Below are positions 1-11,848 of a stretch of 64,000 nucleotides of DNA, one piece after another. Location of the stretch: contig CAWKMU010000003.1 in NCBI GenBank assembly GCA_963850905.1, positions 160,001 to 224,000 on the forward strand. Reading direction: 5' to 3'. The notes under the pieces were generated by a model. It did no database searches. It was not told the DNA's origin and saw nothing but the letters and a program-made list of their open reading frames with translations. This DNA comes from an uncultured Gemmatimonadales bacterium (GTDB lineage: Bacteria > Gemmatimonadota > Gemmatimonadetes > Gemmatimonadales > Gemmatimonadaceae). The stretch's first letter is position 1. Every line of letters begins with the position of its first letter. Both the position numbers and the translations under genes were made by a program.

Positions 1-427
1 CACTCACCTTCACACCCCGCACGGTGACCGCCCGCGGTACCGAACCGTTGGCGAGCAACTTCGCGGGCCCGCGCCCGACACGGATGAGTCCCGCTTCCGC
101 GAGCGACGCCGGCGTGACTTCCGCGTCCTCCGGCACGTGCGCGAGTGCGTCGAGGCGCACGAGCTGCGCTTCGACTCGGAACGGGTTCGTGAATCCGCGC
201 TTCGGCACACGGCGCGTCAACGGCATCTGGCCCCCTTCGAACTGCGGCTTGCCGCCGCCAGGACCATGATGCCCAGCCCGGGCCTTGATGCCCTTGTGGC
301 CCTTGCCCGAAGTCTTGCCCGTGCCGGACCCCGGACCGCGGCCGATTCGCTTGCGATTGCGATGCGACCCGGGTGCGGGTACGAGGTTGTCGAGCCCGAT
401 AGGAGTTGTCTTCTCACGATCTGCCAT
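1..427 (-). CDS. rplO: 50S ribosomal protein L15 (3' end runs off window)
   Basis: Own translation from ATG at 427: ...[22 protein letters not shown]...[18 protein letters not shown]15 motifs; follows rpmD. Confidence 0.96.
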   Translation of the reverse strand, partial: MADREKTTPIGLDNLVPAPGSHRNRKRIGRGPGSGTGKTSGKGHKGIKARAGHHGPGGGKPQFEGGQMPLTRRVPKRGFTNPFRVEAQLVRLDALAHVPEDAEVTPASLAEAGLIRVGRGPAKLLANGSVPRAVTVRGVKVS

Positions 428-429
428 CG

Positions 430-681
430 TTACGGCTCCAGCGGCGTCACGGACACCAGGTGACGGACGCTCTTGACTTGACCGGCCACTGCCGGTGTGA
501 AATCCCGAATGACGGCATCCTGATGGTGCCGCAGCCCGAGCGCCGCCAGCGTCCGCCGCAGCCGCGCAGGATGCCCGATCTCGCTACGGACCTGTCGGAT
601 CTCGACCTGGCCGCCGAGTGGCGGAAGCTTCGGGGTCTTCGCGGGCCCCTTGCCCGGATGCCACACAAATCGTCTAGGCAT
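430..681 (-). CDS. rpmD: 50S ribosomal protein L30 with N-terminal extension
   Basis: IRQVRSEIG...RRTLAALGL...V..VRHLV motif; lies between rpsE and rplO; start taken as MPRRFVW at 681. Confidence 0.92.
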   Translation of the reverse strand: MPRRFVWHPGKGPAKTPKLPPLGGQVEIRQVRSEIGHPARLRRTLAALGLRHHQDAVIRDFTPAVAGQVKSVRHLVSVTPLEP

Positions 682-1483
682 GCGCGGCCTCCTTGCTGTG
701 CGCACGCGATCGATAACCGAGGCTCGACGGCTCGACGCCACGCTCGCGCGCGACGTCCTCGACGGTCGTGAGCTGATGCAGCCCATCGAGCGCGGCGAGC
801 ACCATGTTGTGCGGATTGGTCGAACCCAGGCTCTTGGTCAGGATGTCCGAGATGCCAGCGCACTCCATGATGGCGCGCACTGCACCACCGGCAATCACGC
901 CGGCGCCCGGCGCGGCCGGCTTCATCCAGACCCGACCAGCTCCGTGCTCGCCGATGACCTCGTGCGGAATCGTGCTGCCAGTCAGCGGCACGGATGCCAT
1001 GCGGCGACGCGCGGCATCCACCGCCTTTCGGACCGCCTCCGACACTTCGTTCGCCTTGCCCGTCGCAAAGCCGACCTTCCCGTGACCGTCGCCAACGGCG
1101 ACGAGCGCGTTGAAGGAAAATCGCCGGCCACCCTTCACCACTTTGGCGACGCGGTCGATGGCAATCACGTTCTCGAGCAGCTCGCTGCCGTCTCGGTCGC
1201 CACCGCCCCGCCCACCATCCCCGCCGCGTGGCCGCCGGTCGCCGCCGTCGCGGCCACCACCGCCGCCGCCACCGGGGCCACCGCCCGGACCACGGCCACG
1301 GCCGCCGCCACCCTGGCCGCCGGCCCCACGCCCACTACCACCGCGACCCCCGCCGCCACGACCACCACCACCCCCACGACCGCCAGGGCCGCCGGGGCGT
1401 CCACCGCGCCCGCCGCCGCCTGGCCGCGCGGGACGCTGCGGTGCTGGTGTTGCGCCGGATTCGGCCGATTCATGCTCTGCCAT
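674..1483 (-). CDS. rpsE: 30S ribosomal protein S5 with long Gly/Arg-rich N-terminal extension
   Basis: [44 protein letters not shown]. Confidence 0.97.
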   Translation of the reverse strand: MAEHESAESGATPAPQRPARPGGGGRGGRPGGPGGRGGGGGRGGGGRGGSGRGAGGQGGGGRGRGPGGGPGGGGGGGRDGGDRRPRGGDGGRGGGDRDGSELLENVIAIDRVAKVVKGGRRFSFNALVAVGDGHGKVGFATGKANEVSEAVRKAVDAARRRMASVPLTGSTIPHEVIGEHGAGRVWMKPAAPGAGVIAGGAVRAIMECAGISDILTKSLGSTNPHNMVLAALDGLHQLTTVEDVARERGVEPSSLGYRSRAHSKEAAHA

Positions 1484-1546
1484 ATGACTCGTCGCTCCCT
1501 CGAGCTCCGTTGAGCTACGTGAAAAAATGCGTACGCGGCAATCGAC

Positions 1547-1906
1547 TCAGAAGTCGAGACCGCCTTCGCGCGCGCCGTCGGCCACAGCCTTGACTCGACC
1601 GTGGTACTTGTACCCCGCGCGATCGAAGACGACGCGCGTGATCCCGGTAGACTTGGCCCGTTCTGCGAGCGCCTTGCCAACGGCCGTTGCCTTCTCGGTC
1701 TTCTTGCCACCACCCACCGTCCGGCTGGACACCGTCGCGAGTGTTCGCCGCGCGACGTCGTCCACGAGTTGCGCGTAGATGTGCTTGAGCGAGCGGTACA
1801 CCACGAGCCGCGGACGCTCCGGCGTGCCCGCCACCTTCTTCCGCACTCGCAGATGGCGGCGTGTCCGCCTCTCCTCGCGCGTCTTGGGAATCCCTATGCG
1901 AGCCAT
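1547..1906 (-). CDS. rplR: 50S ribosomal protein L18
   Basis: [39 protein letters not shown]. Confidence 0.97.
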   Translation of the reverse strand: MARIGIPKTREERRTRRHLRVRKKVAGTPERPRLVVYRSLKHIYAQLVDDVARRTLATVSSRTVGGGKKTEKATAVGKALAERAKSTGITRVVFDRAGYKYHGRVKAVADGAREGGLDF

Positions 1907-2445
1907 TACTTGCCTCCGGCCTTGCCCGCCTTCCGACGGACCTGCTCACCAACGTACTTGATGCCTTTCCCCTTGTATGGCTCAGGAGGACGCAGGCTCC
2001 GCAGCTCCGCTGCGACCTGCCCCACGACTTCCTTGTTCGCCCCTTCCACCACGATCGCCGTGGGCTGCGGCGCCGAGAGCTTGATGCCCGCAGGCGCGCG
2101 GTAGTCGACGGGATGCGAGAATCCCAACGCGAGTTGCAGCCCGAACGGCCGCGTCTCCGCCTTGTACCCGACTCCGACGATCTCGAGCTGCTTCTTGAAG
2201 CCCGCTGTGACGCCCTCGATCATGTTGGCGACGAGCGTACGCGTCAGTCCATGCAGCGCCTTGTGCTCTGGCTCGTCCGACGGCCGACTCACAACGACCT
2301 GCGAATCCTCGACGGCGACCGCCATCACCGGATGGACCACGCGCACCAACTCCCCGCGCGGGCCTTTGACCCGGACTGTCGATGCGTCGACGGTCACGGT
2401 CACGCCCTTGGGGATGGGAACCGGCTTCTTTCCGATTCGCGACAT
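1906..2445 (-). CDS. rplF: 50S ribosomal protein L6
   Basis: MSRIGKKPV...GVGYKA...[13 protein letters not shown]; start at ATG 2445 inside a longer ORF. Confidence 0.97.
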   Translation of the reverse strand: MSRIGKKPVPIPKGVTVTVDASTVRVKGPRGELVRVVHPVMAVAVEDSQVVVSRPSDEPEHKALHGLTRTLVANMIEGVTAGFKKQLEIVGVGYKAETRPFGLQLALGFSHPVDYRAPAGIKLSAPQPTAIVVEGANKEVVGQVAAELRSLRPPEPYKGKGIKYVGEQVRRKAGKAGGK

Positions 2446-2453
2446 GGCGCCTC

Positions 2454-2846
2454 CTACCAGATCACGGCGAGCAACTCGCCGCCTTGTCGGGTCTGTCGAG
2501 CTTCGCGATCCGTCATCACGCCCTTCGACGTGCTGACAATGGCCATCCCCAGACCATTGCGGACCCGGGGCAGCTCGCCCACCCCAACGTATTTCCGCAG
2601 GCCAGGCGTGGATACGCGATGCAGCTCGCGGATCACCGGCTGCCCGCCCTGAGCGTACTTGAGGATCAGCCGCAGGATGCGCTCCTGCTCCAGCACCTTG
2701 TAGTCCTGGATGTAGCTGTTCTCCTTCAGCACACGCGCGATCTCGAGCTTGAGGCGCGACAGCGGCACGTCGACGCGGCGATGCTTCGAGCCGCACGCGT
2801 TGCGAATGCGCGTCAGCATGTCGGCCACCGGATCAGTCATTGTCAT
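2454..2846 (-). CDS. rpsH: 30S ribosomal protein S8
   Basis: MTDPVADMLTRIRNA...STPGLRKY...STSKGVMTD...GGELL. Confidence 0.97.
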   Translation of the reverse strand: MTMTDPVADMLTRIRNACGSKHRRVDVPLSRLKLEIARVLKENSYIQDYKVLEQERILRLILKYAQGGQPVIRELHRVSTPGLRKYVGVGELPRVRNGLGMAIVSTSKGVMTDREARQTRQGGELLAVIW

Positions 2847-2857
2847 CGTCGTTTCTC

Positions 2858-3043
2858 CTACCAGCTCGCCTTTCGGACGCCCGGGACCATCCCGTTGAGC
2901 GCCTGCTCGCGGAAGCAGATCCGGCAATAGCCGAACTTGCGCAGATATGCGCGCGAGCGGCCGCACCGCTGGCAGCGGTTGTGCTGGCGCACGCCGAACT
3001 TCGGTTTCCGCTTGCTCTTCTCGATCATTGCCTTCCGAGCCAT
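2858..3043 (-). CDS. rpsN: 30S ribosomal protein S14, zinc-binding (type Z)
   Basis: 61 aa, CQRCGR...CRIC, ends KASW. Confidence 0.96.
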   Translation of the reverse strand: MARKAMIEKSKRKPKFGVRQHNRCQRCGRSRAYLRKFGYCRICFREQALNGMVPGVRKASW

Positions 3044-3078
3044 CGCAGTCTCGTCGTAGAGGAATCAGTCTCTGGTCG

Positions 3079-3843
3079 TCACTTTCGTCCGGTTGCAGTC
3101 GCGGCGCCAAGGCCAGCCGCCGGGCCGCGATCGCGCCCGCGCCCAGCACTATCCGCGTCGCGGAACGGCATCCCCAGCTCGCGCAGCAGCGCCAGCGCAT
3201 GATCGTCGCGTGTGGCCGTCGTCACGAACGTCACGTCGAGTCCGTGCACCTGGTCGACCATGTCGTAGTTGATCTCGGGAAAGATCAACTGCTCCTTGAG
3301 CCCGAGCGAGTAGTTCCCGCGGCCATCGAACGAGCGGGTCGACAGCCCACGGAAGTCGCGGATCCGGGGAATCGCCACGGTGATGAAGCGATCGAGGAAC
3401 TCCCACATCCGCGCACCCCGCAACGTCACCGCGGCACCGATCTCCTGGCCCTGCCGCAGGCCGAAGTTGGCGATCGACTTCTTCGCCCGCTTCCGCACCG
3501 GCCGCTGCCCGGTAATGACCGCAAGCTCCTCGACGACCTTGTCGAGAACCTTTGGCTGCTTGATCGCCTCGCCGACCCCCACGTTCACCACGATCTTGGT
3601 CAACGTCGGAGTTTGATGCACGTTGGTGAATCCCAACTGCGTCATCAGCTTCGGCTTGACCGTGCGCCTATACGTCTCGCGCAGGCGCGGCGGCGGGACC
3701 GGACGGTCGGCACCGGCATGCGGGCCCTTGGCCGCCGCGGGCGCAGCTTCCCGGCCGCGACGACTCCCGCCGCCGCCACCAGGGCTACCACCTTTCCCGC
3801 CCTTCTTCTCAGCCTTTTCGCTCTTCGCTTTTTCGTCTGCCAT
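3079..3843 (-). CDS. rplE: 50S ribosomal protein L5 with terminal extensions
   Basis: KIVVNVGVGEA, ITGQRPV, PRIRDFRG..FDGRGNY, IFPEI; start taken as MADEK at 3843. Confidence 0.97.
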   Translation of the reverse strand: MADEKAKSEKAEKKGGKGGSPGGGGGSRRGREAAPAAAKGPHAGADRPVPPPRLRETYRRTVKPKLMTQLGFTNVHQTPTLTKIVVNVGVGEAIKQPKVLDKVVEELAVITGQRPVRKRAKKSIANFGLRQGQEIGAAVTLRGARMWEFLDRFITVAIPRIRDFRGLSTRSFDGRGNYSLGLKEQLIFPEINYDMVDQVHGLDVTFVTTATRDDHALALLRELGMPFRDADSAGRGRDRGPAAGLGAATATGRK

Positions 3844-3963
3844 AATCGCCGAGCCTTCTATGTGTGGCAAGCCACGTTTCTCGTGTCACTTCGTCACTGC
3901 AGTTGTCTACTTTCTACTCTCTGCGTCTACTTTCTCGGGCGCGAAGCGCCCGCCGCCCGCCGT

Positions 3964-4368
3964 TTATTTCCTCACCGGCTTCGGCACCGGCTCGCCACTC
4001 TTGACCGCGAGCCGCTCCTTCGTGCCGTCCTCGTCCACGCGAATGCGGGTTCGCGTCGGACTCCCCGATTGCGGGTCGAGCAGCATCACGTTCGACGCGT
4101 GGATCGGCGCCGGATGCTCCATGATCCCGCTCTGCTCCTCGGGCCGGCGTGCCTTCCGGTGGCGCTTCACGATGTTCACGCCATCGACGGTCACGCGCCC
4201 CGTCTTCGGAAACACCCGCAGGATCTTGCCTTCCTTGCCTTTGTCGTCGCCGCGCATGACGCGCACGTTGTCGCCCACGACGACGTGCACATGCACACGC
4301 TGGCGGTTCACGGCGTGGCGCAGGCCCGGCCGGCGTCCTGCCGTGCGGCGATACTTGAGCACACGCAT
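3964..4368 (-). CDS. rplX: 50S ribosomal protein L24
   Basis: GDNVRVMRGDDKGKEG KOW motif, APIHASNV. Confidence 0.96.
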   Translation of the reverse strand: MRVLKYRRTAGRRPGLRHAVNRQRVHVHVVVGDNVRVMRGDDKGKEGKILRVFPKTGRVTVDGVNIVKRHRKARRPEEQSGIMEHPAPIHASNVMLLDPQSGSPTRTRIRVDEDGTKERLAVKSGEPVPKPVRK

Positions 4369-4370
4369 GG

Positions 4371-4739
4371 CTACAACACCTCGGGTGCCAAAGACACGAT
4401 CTTCATGTACTTCTTCTCACGAAGCTCGCGCGCAACGGGCCCGAAGATACGTGTGGCCCGCGGCTCGCCCGCTTCGTTGATGATCACCACGGCGTTCTCG
4501 TCGAACCGGATGTAGCTGCCGTCCTTGCGCCGGGTTTCTTTCGCCGTCCGCACGACGACCGCGCGCGCGACATCGGACTTCTTCACGGTCCCGTTGGGCA
4601 GCGCGTTCTTGACCGCCACGATCACGGTATCGCCCAAGCCGGCGTACCGTCGCCTCGTGCCGCCAAGCACGCGGATCACGAGCGCCGTCTTGGCACCCGA
4701 GTTGTCCGCCACCTTGACCATCGACTCCTGCTGAATCAT
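4371..4739 (-). CDS. rplN: 50S ribosomal protein L14
   Basis: MIQQES..VADNSGA...[10 protein letters not shown]...SLAPEVL. Confidence 0.98.
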   Translation of the reverse strand: MIQQESMVKVADNSGAKTALVIRVLGGTRRRYAGLGDTVIVAVKNALPNGTVKKSDVARAVVVRTAKETRRKDGSYIRFDENAVVIINEAGEPRATRIFGPVARELREKKYMKIVSLAPEVL

Positions 4740-4764
4740 CGCTGGGTTCCCTCGTCCGCGGTGC

Positions 4765-5094
4765 TCAGCGGGCCCGTTCGAGAATCTCGACCACGCGCCA
4801 CCGCTTGTCCTTCGACAGCGGGCGGGTCTCGACGATGCGCACCGTATCCCCTGCCTTGGACGCGTTCTGCTCGTCGTGCGCCTTCAGGTGAGTGGTCCGC
4901 GTGATCATTTTGCCGTACACGGGATGCGCCACTCGGCGCTCGATCGCCACGACGACGGTCTTCTGCATTTTGTCGCTGACGACCGTGCCGACACGCGACT
5001 TGCGGCTGCGCCGCGCGTGCCCAGTCGGACCGCCGGAGTTCGTATCTGGAGACCGGCCCGCGCCCGCAGGCGCTCCGTATGGCATTCCCATCAT
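4765..5094 (-). CDS. rpsQ: 30S ribosomal protein S17
   Basis: [14 protein letters not shown]...HPVYGK...[11 protein letters not shown]. Confidence 0.97.
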   Translation of the reverse strand: MMGMPYGAPAGAGRSPDTNSGGPTGHARRSRKSRVGTVVSDKMQKTVVVAIERRVAHPVYGKMITRTTHLKAHDEQNASKAGDTVRIVETRPLSKDKRWRVVEILERAR

Positions 5095-5321
5095 GTGTCC
5101 TCACCGCGGGGCATCGCGACGCCCCGTTCACGTTCACGCAAAACCGTCTTGAGCCGCGCGATGTCGCGGCGCAACCAACGCAGACGCAACGCTTCCTCGA
5201 GCGCCTCGGTCGCAGACCGGAAGCGCAGCCGGAATCGTTCTTCCTCGAGCTCGGTCACGCGAACACGGATGTCGACATCCGTCCATTCGCGGATCTCGGA
5301 GGCCGTGAGCCCCTTAGCCAT
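5091..5321 (-). CDS. rpmC: 50S ribosomal protein L29
   Basis: 76 aa, FRLRF...[10 protein letters not shown]; position between rplP and rpsQ. Confidence 0.93.
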   Translation of the reverse strand: MAKGLTASEIREWTDVDIRVRVTELEEERFRLRFRSATEALEEALRLRWLRRDIARLKTVLRERERGVAMPRGEDT

Positions 5322-5739
5322 TGGTGTGGACCTCCTCGCGCGTGATGAACTTGCTCTTCACGCTGATCTTCGCGGCGGCGAGCGCCATGGCCTTCACCGC
5401 CTGATCAGGCGTCACGCCTTCGAGCTCGAACATCACGCGACCAGGCTTGACGACGGCCACCCAGCCCTCGGGTGAGCCCTTGCCCTTCCCCATCCGCGTC
5501 TCGGCCGGCTTCTTCGTGATCGGTTTGTCGGGGAAGATGCGAATCCAGACCTTGCCGCCACGCTTGATGTGCCGAGTGAGCGCGACACGCGCCGCCTCGA
5601 TCTGCCGGTTGGACACCCACCCGGGCTCGACAGCCTGGAGGCCGTACTGACCATTGACCACGGTGTTCCCCCGCGTCGCCAGCCCCCTCGTCCGCCCTTT
5701 GAACATCTTCCGGTATTTGACCCGCTTTGGACTTAACAT
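5314..5739 (-). CDS. rplP: 50S ribosomal protein L16
   Basis: [11 protein letters not shown]...QIEAAR...RMGKGKG. Confidence 0.98.
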   Translation of the reverse strand: MLSPKRVKYRKMFKGRTRGLATRGNTVVNGQYGLQAVEPGWVSNRQIEAARVALTRHIKRGGKVWIRIFPDKPITKKPAETRMGKGKGSPEGWVAVVKPGRVMFELEGVTPDQAVKAMALAAAKISVKSKFITREEVHTNG

Positions 5740-5793
5740 GCTGCATCATCCTCGTTGCGCCCGTACACATCCTGCCTTCGGTCTCCCCACGGC

Positions 5794-5818
5794 GGGCGAC
5801 GCAGTGCGTCGCCCCTAC
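5794..5818 (-). repeat. GTAG-type REP-like palindrome
   Basis: Reverse complement reads GTAG-GGGCGACGCA-C-TGCGTCGCCC; same family as 10567, 49634, 54768, 56662, 56742, 62563. Confidence 0.8.
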
Positions 5819-5863
5819 CAGCCCACTCACTCCACCTCGTCTCAAGCACGAGTTGTTGTCGTT

Positions 5864-5894
5864 CCCCAGACCCCAAACCCCAGACCCCAAACCC
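5864..5894. repeat. Heptamer tandem repeat CCCCA(G/A)A
   Basis: ccccagaccccaaaccccagaccccaaaccc between rpsC and rplP. Confidence 0.8.
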
Positions 5895-5899
5895 TCGAC

Positions 5900-6559
5900 C
5901 TATGAGCCGGTCGAATACGTTTTCCCCCGCCGATCCTCGACGATCTCACCCTTGAAGATCCAGACCTTCACGCCGATCGTGCCGAACGTGGTCTTGGCCG
6001 TCGACGTCGCATAGTCAATGTCGGCCCGCAAGGTGTGCAGCGGTACACGGCCTTCGTGGTACCCCTCGACCCGTGCGATCTCGGCACCACCGAGTCGTCC
6101 GCCACACTTGATCTTGATCCCCTGCGCCCCCATCCGCATCGCGCTCTGCACCGCGCGCTTCATCGCCCGGCGAAACGAGATGCGCTGCGCCAGCTGGTTC
6201 GCGACGTTGTCGGCGACCAATTGCGCGTCCAGCTCGGGACGCTTGATCTCCTCGACATTGATGCCGACCTCCTTGCCGACGAGCTGCGTCAGCTCGTCGC
6301 GCAACTTGTCGACCTCCGCACCCTTCTTCCCAATGACCACGCCGGGACGACCAGTGTGGATCGTGACGACCACCTTCCCCGGCTTGCGCTCGATGTGAAT
6401 GTCGGCGATCGCCGCGTGGCCAATGCGCGCCTTGAGATACTTCCGCAGCAACTCGTCTTCCTTGAGGAGTTGCGGGAAGTCGCGGTTGGCGTACCACCGC
6501 GAGCGCCACTGCTTGGAGACGCCAAGTCGAAACCCGATTGGATTTACCTTCTGTCCCAT
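5900..6559 (-). CDS. rpsC: 30S ribosomal protein S3
   Basis: [13 protein letters not shown]...[10 protein letters not shown]...[11 protein letters not shown]. Confidence 0.98.
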   Translation of the reverse strand: MGQKVNPIGFRLGVSKQWRSRWYANRDFPQLLKEDELLRKYLKARIGHAAIADIHIERKPGKVVVTIHTGRPGVVIGKKGAEVDKLRDELTQLVGKEVGINVEEIKRPELDAQLVADNVANQLAQRISFRRAMKRAVQSAMRMGAQGIKIKCGGRLGGAEIARVEGYHEGRVPLHTLRADIDYATSTAKTTFGTIGVKVWIFKGEIVEDRRGKTYSTGS

Positions 6560-6563
6560 AGTC

Positions 6564-7052
6564 CTATTGCCCCCGCTTGGGCGAACGCGATCGAGTGGTC
6601 GTTTTCCGTTTGGTCGCCGCGCGTTGCCGGCCAGTTTTTTCCCCAGGCGCCTTCTCGGCCGCGGCTGCCCCGCGCGCTGTGGGCGCGACGGGCTCCCGCA
6701 CCACGCGCGGCGCCACCACGATCTCCACGTGGCTCGTGCGCTTCTGGATCGGCGTCGCGCGCCCCATCGCGGCCGGCATGAAGCGCTTGAGCTTGGGCCC
6801 CTCGTTGATCACGGCATGCTTCACGTAGAGCTGGTCGACGTCGACTGGCTCGTTCGCCTCGCGACCCTTGTACTCGGCGTTCGCAACGGCCGACTGCAGC
6901 ACCTTCGCGATCTCGCGCGCAGCATGCTTCTTCGAGAATTGCAGCAGGGCGAGGGCCTCGTTCACCCCCTTCCCGCGGATCTGATCGACCACGAGCCGCA
7001 TCTTGTACGGCGATTGGCGCGCGGTGCGCTGGAGCGCACGGACATCCGGCAT
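6564..7052 (-). CDS. rplV: 50S ribosomal protein L22 with basic C-terminal tail
   Basis: [35 protein letters not shown]...KRTSH. Confidence 0.97.
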   Translation of the reverse strand: MPDVRALQRTARQSPYKMRLVVDQIRGKGVNEALALLQFSKKHAAREIAKVLQSAVANAEYKGREANEPVDVDQLYVKHAVINEGPKLKRFMPAAMGRATPIQKRTSHVEIVVAPRVVREPVAPTARGAAAAEKAPGEKTGRQRAATKRKTTTRSRSPKRGQ

Positions 7053-7055
7053 GGC

Positions 7056-7445
7056 TTATCTCCCGCCTGACTGTCGCGGCGATGCGCCGCCACCAGGGCC
7101 ACCGCTCGCAGGCGGAGCCGATCCGCCGGCCGCCGCCGGCGCGCCCGGACCAGTGGGAACGCCCCCGACCTTCTTGTCGACCGCCTTCGCACCCGTGTGG
7201 CCACGGAACAGCCGGGTGGGCGAAAACTCGCCCAGCTTGTGACCCACCATGTTCTCCGTGATGTACACGGGAATGAACTTGTTCCCGTTGTGCACGGCAA
7301 ACGTGTGCCCCACGAAGTCCGGCGTGACCGTGCTCGCTCGCGACCACGTCTTGATCACGCGCTTCTCGTTGCGGCTGTTCATCGCCGCAACCTTCTTGAT
7401 CAAGCTGTCGTGGATATACGGACCTTTTTTCAGACTTCTCGCCAT
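7056..7445 (-). CDS. rpsS: 30S ribosomal protein S19 with Gly/Pro/Ala C-terminal tail
   Basis: [31 protein letters not shown]. Confidence 0.98.
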   Translation of the reverse strand: MARSLKKGPYIHDSLIKKVAAMNSRNEKRVIKTWSRASTVTPDFVGHTFAVHNGNKFIPVYITENMVGHKLGEFSPTRLFRGHTGAKAVDKKVGGVPTGPGAPAAAGGSAPPASGGPGGGASPRQSGGR

Positions 7446-7488
7446 ATAAGAACCCGAAAGTGACTGTGGATTCGGCTCTACGCTTAGT

Positions 7489-7521
7489 AACCCGAAACCC
7501 GGAACCCGAAACCCGAAACCC
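7489..7521. repeat. Heptamer tandem repeat AACCCG(A/G)
   Basis: aacccgaaacccggaacccgaaacccgaaaccc between rplB and rpsS. Confidence 0.8.
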
Positions 7522-7527
7522 GGCCGT

Positions 7528-8358
7528 TCATTGCGTTGCCTTTCCGCGCTTCCGACCGCGCACGATCAACCGCTCGGACGGCTTCTTCTTGTTGCGCGTC
7601 TTCACGCCTTCTTTCTTCCCCCACGGGCTGACGACGTTGCGGCCACCCCGCGTCCGTCCGCCGTGCGGATGGTCCACCGGGTTCATGACCTCGCCGCGCA
7701 CCTTGGGCCGGCGCCCCATCCAGCGCGTCTTGCCCGCTTTGCCCCAGGACAACAATTCGTGCTCGGCGTTGCCGACCGTGCCGATCGTCGCCAGACAGGC
7801 ACCGTGCACCATGCGCATCTCCGTGGAGCGGAGACGCAGCGTCACGTACTCGCCTTCCTTCGCGACGACCTCGACCCCCGCTCCCGCGGAGCGCGCGATC
7901 TGCCCGCCCTTGCCCGCCTTGAGCTCCACGTTGTGCACCTCGGTGCCAAGTGGAATCTCCCGCAGCGGCAGCGTGTTGCCGGTGCGCACATCGGACCCCG
8001 GACCCGACACGATTGTGTCACCGACCGCCAGACCGCGCGGATGGAGGATGTAGCGCTTCTCGCCGTCCGTGTACTCGACGAGCGCGATGCGCGCCGATCG
8101 GTTGGGGTCGTACTCGATCTCCCGCACCGTCGCCGAAACGGCGAACTTGTTGCGACGAAAATCGATGACGCGGTACTGCCGCTTGTGGCCACCACCACGG
8201 CGCCGCATGGCAATGTGGCCATGATTGTCGCGGCCACCCGACTTCTTGAGCGGCTCGAGCAGCGACTTCTCCGGCGTCGTGCGCGTGATCTCCGCAAAGT
8301 CAGAGACCGAGCGGAACCGCGAGCTCTTCGTAACCGGCTTGAACTGACGAATAGGCAT
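7528..8358 (-). CDS. rplB: 50S ribosomal protein L2
   Basis: [37 protein letters not shown]. Confidence 0.98.
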   Translation of the reverse strand: MPIRQFKPVTKSSRFRSVSDFAEITRTTPEKSLLEPLKKSGGRDNHGHIAMRRRGGGHKRQYRVIDFRRNKFAVSATVREIEYDPNRSARIALVEYTDGEKRYILHPRGLAVGDTIVSGPGSDVRTGNTLPLREIPLGTEVHNVELKAGKGGQIARSAGAGVEVVAKEGEYVTLRLRSTEMRMVHGACLATIGTVGNAEHELLSWGKAGKTRWMGRRPKVRGEVMNPVDHPHGGRTRGGRNVVSPWGKKEGVKTRNKKKPSERLIVRGRKRGKATQ

Positions 8359-8370
8359 TCCGGGCTCCTA

Positions 8371-8658
8371 TCAACCTTCGAAGACGTCGATCGTATCGCC
8401 GCTGCGCAGCTGCACGATCGCCTTCTTCCAATTCGGTTTGCGGCCGGCTGTCTTCGCGACCCGACGCGCCTTGCCGCGCACGTTGGCCGTCCAGACGCCG
8501 GTGACTTTCACGCCGAACAGTCGTTCGATCGCCTGCCGAATGGCCGCCTTGTTGGCATCGGGTGCCACCTCGAACGTGTACTCCCCCCGCTCGTGGTACC
8601 GGGCGGAGGTCTTCTCCGTCATCACGGGACGGATGATCGTCCGGTGCAATGTGGGCAT
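8371..8658 (-). CDS. rplW: 50S ribosomal protein L23
   Basis: PVMTEK, YTFEV, WKKAIVQL. Confidence 0.96.
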   Translation of the reverse strand: MPTLHRTIIRPVMTEKTSARYHERGEYTFEVAPDANKAAIRQAIERLFGVKVTGVWTANVRGKARRVAKTAGRKPNWKKAIVQLRSGDTIDVFEG

Positions 8659-8661
8659 CGG

Positions 8662-9549
8662 CTATTTCCCCTTCTTCTTCTTGGCGGATGACTTCTTGGC
8701 GGCCTTGGGCTTCGCAGCGCGCGTACCCGCCGACTTGCTGGCCGCCTTGTGTGCCTTGGTCGTTCGCCGCGTCGACTTCGCCTTCGCCGCACCACGCTTC
8801 GTGGCCGCGTGCGTGCCCTCGGCCGCGGCCGCCCGCTTGGCGCGCGCAGGCCGACGCCGCGTGGCACGACCCGACTCCGCCGGCGCGCTCTCCGCCAATG
8901 GCTCGAGCGCATGGCCGATCGCCGCCGACTCGACGAGGATCACATCCGACCAGAGGATATGATAGGTCGACACGTCGGTGTACGGCATCACGTGCGTCGT
9001 CGGTAGGTTCCGTCCGCTCAAGTACACGGCCGGCTGGAGTCCGTCCGTGAGAATGAGCACCTTCCGGTCGGCCACCCCGAGCGTCGTCAGCAGCTGCTCG
9101 AGCCGCCGCGTGCTGGGCGCGTCGTAGCGGAACGCGTCGATGACCTTGACCGCACCGTCCTGCGCGCGCGCATTGAACGCGCTCTTGCGCGCGAGCGCAC
9201 GCACCTGGCGCGGCACGTACTGCGCATAGCTGCGCGGAATCGGGCCGAAGACCGTGCCGCCGCCGACCCAGTGGGGCGCCCGGATCGATCCCTGTCGGGC
9301 ACGACCCGTCCCCTTCTGCTTCCACGGCTTCTGGTTTCCGCCGGTCACGTACTTGCGAATCTTGGTCGCGGCGTTGCCCTGCCGCTGATTGGCGAGAAAC
9401 GCTTTGACCGCCTGATGCATGACCGGCATGTTGATCGTGCCGTCGAACAGCGCCTCGGGGAGCCGGACGGCGGGACGTGGCGTACCGTGGACCGAGTACG
9501 TCTCCGCGTCGAACGTCGTGGGCGTCATCGCCGCATGTTGTTGTGTCAC
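8662..9549 (-). CDS. rplD: 50S ribosomal protein L4 with Lys/Ala-rich C-terminal tail
   Basis: [28 protein letters not shown] start at 9549 preceded by GAGGAGGAG RBS. Confidence 0.96.
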   Translation of the reverse strand: MTQQHAAMTPTTFDAETYSVHGTPRPAVRLPEALFDGTINMPVMHQAVKAFLANQRQGNAATKIRKYVTGGNQKPWKQKGTGRARQGSIRAPHWVGGGTVFGPIPRSYAQYVPRQVRALARKSAFNARAQDGAVKVIDAFRYDAPSTRRLEQLLTTLGVADRKVLILTDGLQPAVYLSGRNLPTTHVMPYTDVSTYHILWSDVILVESAAIGHALEPLAESAPAESGRATRRRPARAKRAAAAEGTHAATKRGAAKAKSTRRTTKAHKAASKSAGTRAAKPKAAKKSSAKKKKGK

Positions 9550-9559
9550 TAGCTCCTCC

Positions 9560-10243
9560 TCAACCCTGCTTGCGGATGACGACGATCCCGTTCTTGGGAC
9601 CGGCGACCGCACCGCGGATGTAGAGGAGGTGCCGCTCGGGATCGATGCGCTCGATCCGCAGATGCGTCTGCGTGTGTTGCTCCGCGCCGTAGTGCCCCGG
9701 CATGCGCTTCCCCTTGATGATGCGCGACGGGTCCGTCCCGGGCCCGATCGAGCCTGGCCGGCGGTGCTTCGTGTTGCCATGCGTATTCGGCCCGCCGCCG
9801 AAGCTGTGGCGCTTCACCACGCCCTGGAACCCGCGACCCTTCGTCGTGCCAGTGACCTTGACGGCGTCGCCCACGGCAAAGACGCCGACATCCACGTGAT
9901 CGCCGACCTTGTACGTCGGAATCTCGGGATTGCGGCCTGGCCCGTCGTCGAGACGCACACTGCGCAGCACACGCGGCGGCACCTTGAGTCCCGCCTTGGC
10001 GGCGTGGCCCACGGCGGCGCGCGTCGCGCGGCGGCCACGAGGCGTGCGCTCGCCCTTGGCGCTGTCGCGTCGCGTGCGCTGCTCGCCGTAGCCCAGCTGG
10101 ATCTGCGCCATGCCGGCCGTCGCCTTCTCACGGACCATGAGCACCGGATTCGGCTGCGCCTCGACCACCGTGCACGGGATCTGCTGCCCCTTCGCGTCGA
10201 AGATCTGCGTCATGCCGACCTTCTTGCCAATGATGCCGATCAT
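9560..10243 (-). CDS. rplC: 50S ribosomal protein L3
   Basis: [39 protein letters not shown]. Confidence 0.98.
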   Translation of the reverse strand: MIGIIGKKVGMTQIFDAKGQQIPCTVVEAQPNPVLMVREKATAGMAQIQLGYGEQRTRRDSAKGERTPRGRRATRAAVGHAAKAGLKVPPRVLRSVRLDDGPGRNPEIPTYKVGDHVDVGVFAVGDAVKVTGTTKGRGFQGVVKRHSFGGGPNTHGNTKHRRPGSIGPGTDPSRIIKGKRMPGHYGAEQHTQTHLRIERIDPERHLLYIRGAVAGPKNGIVVIRKQG

Positions 10244-10245
10244 GG

Positions 10246-10554
10246 CTACTGGACCTTGATCTCGACATCGACGCCAGCCGGCAGATCCAGCTTCGTCAAT
10301 GCGTCGACCGTCTGCGCGCGCGAATCGAGGATGTCGATCACCCGCTTGTGCGTTTTCAGCTCGAACTGCTCACGCGACTTCTTGTCGACGTGCGGCGAGC
10401 GCAGCACCGTCCACCGCTGCGTCTTCGTCGGCAGCGGAATCGGCCCGGACACCTGAGCGCCGGTCTTCTCCGCCGTGCGCACGATGTCCGCCGACGCTTG
10501 GTCGATGACGGCGTGATCGAAAGCCTTGAGACGAATTCGTATGCGACCTGACAT
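10246..10554 (-). CDS. rpsJ: 30S ribosomal protein S10
   Basis: [11 protein letters not shown]...GPIPLPT...[12 protein letters not shown]; start taken as MSGRIR at 10554. Confidence 0.98.
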   Translation of the reverse strand: MSGRIRIRLKAFDHAVIDQASADIVRTAEKTGAQVSGPIPLPTKTQRWTVLRSPHVDKKSREQFELKTHKRVIDILDSRAQTVDALTKLDLPAGVDVEIKVQ

Positions 10555-10566
10555 AATCAAACCGAT

Positions 10567-10620
10567 GTAGGGGCGACGCATGCGTCGCCCGGTTGGTAGG
10601 GACGGCGCACCCGTCGCCCC
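10567..10620 (+). repeat. GTAG-type REP-like palindrome followed by a degenerate second copy
   Basis: GTAG + perfect 20-bp palindrome GGGCGACGCATGCGTCGCCC (10567-10590), then GTAGGGACGGCGCACCCGTCGCCCC. Confidence 0.82.
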
Positions 10621-10642
10621 ATGGTGAACAGCAGTCGCACGG

Positions 10643-11836
<1,194 letters not shown>

Positions 11837-11848
11837 GGCGTCGCTCTC

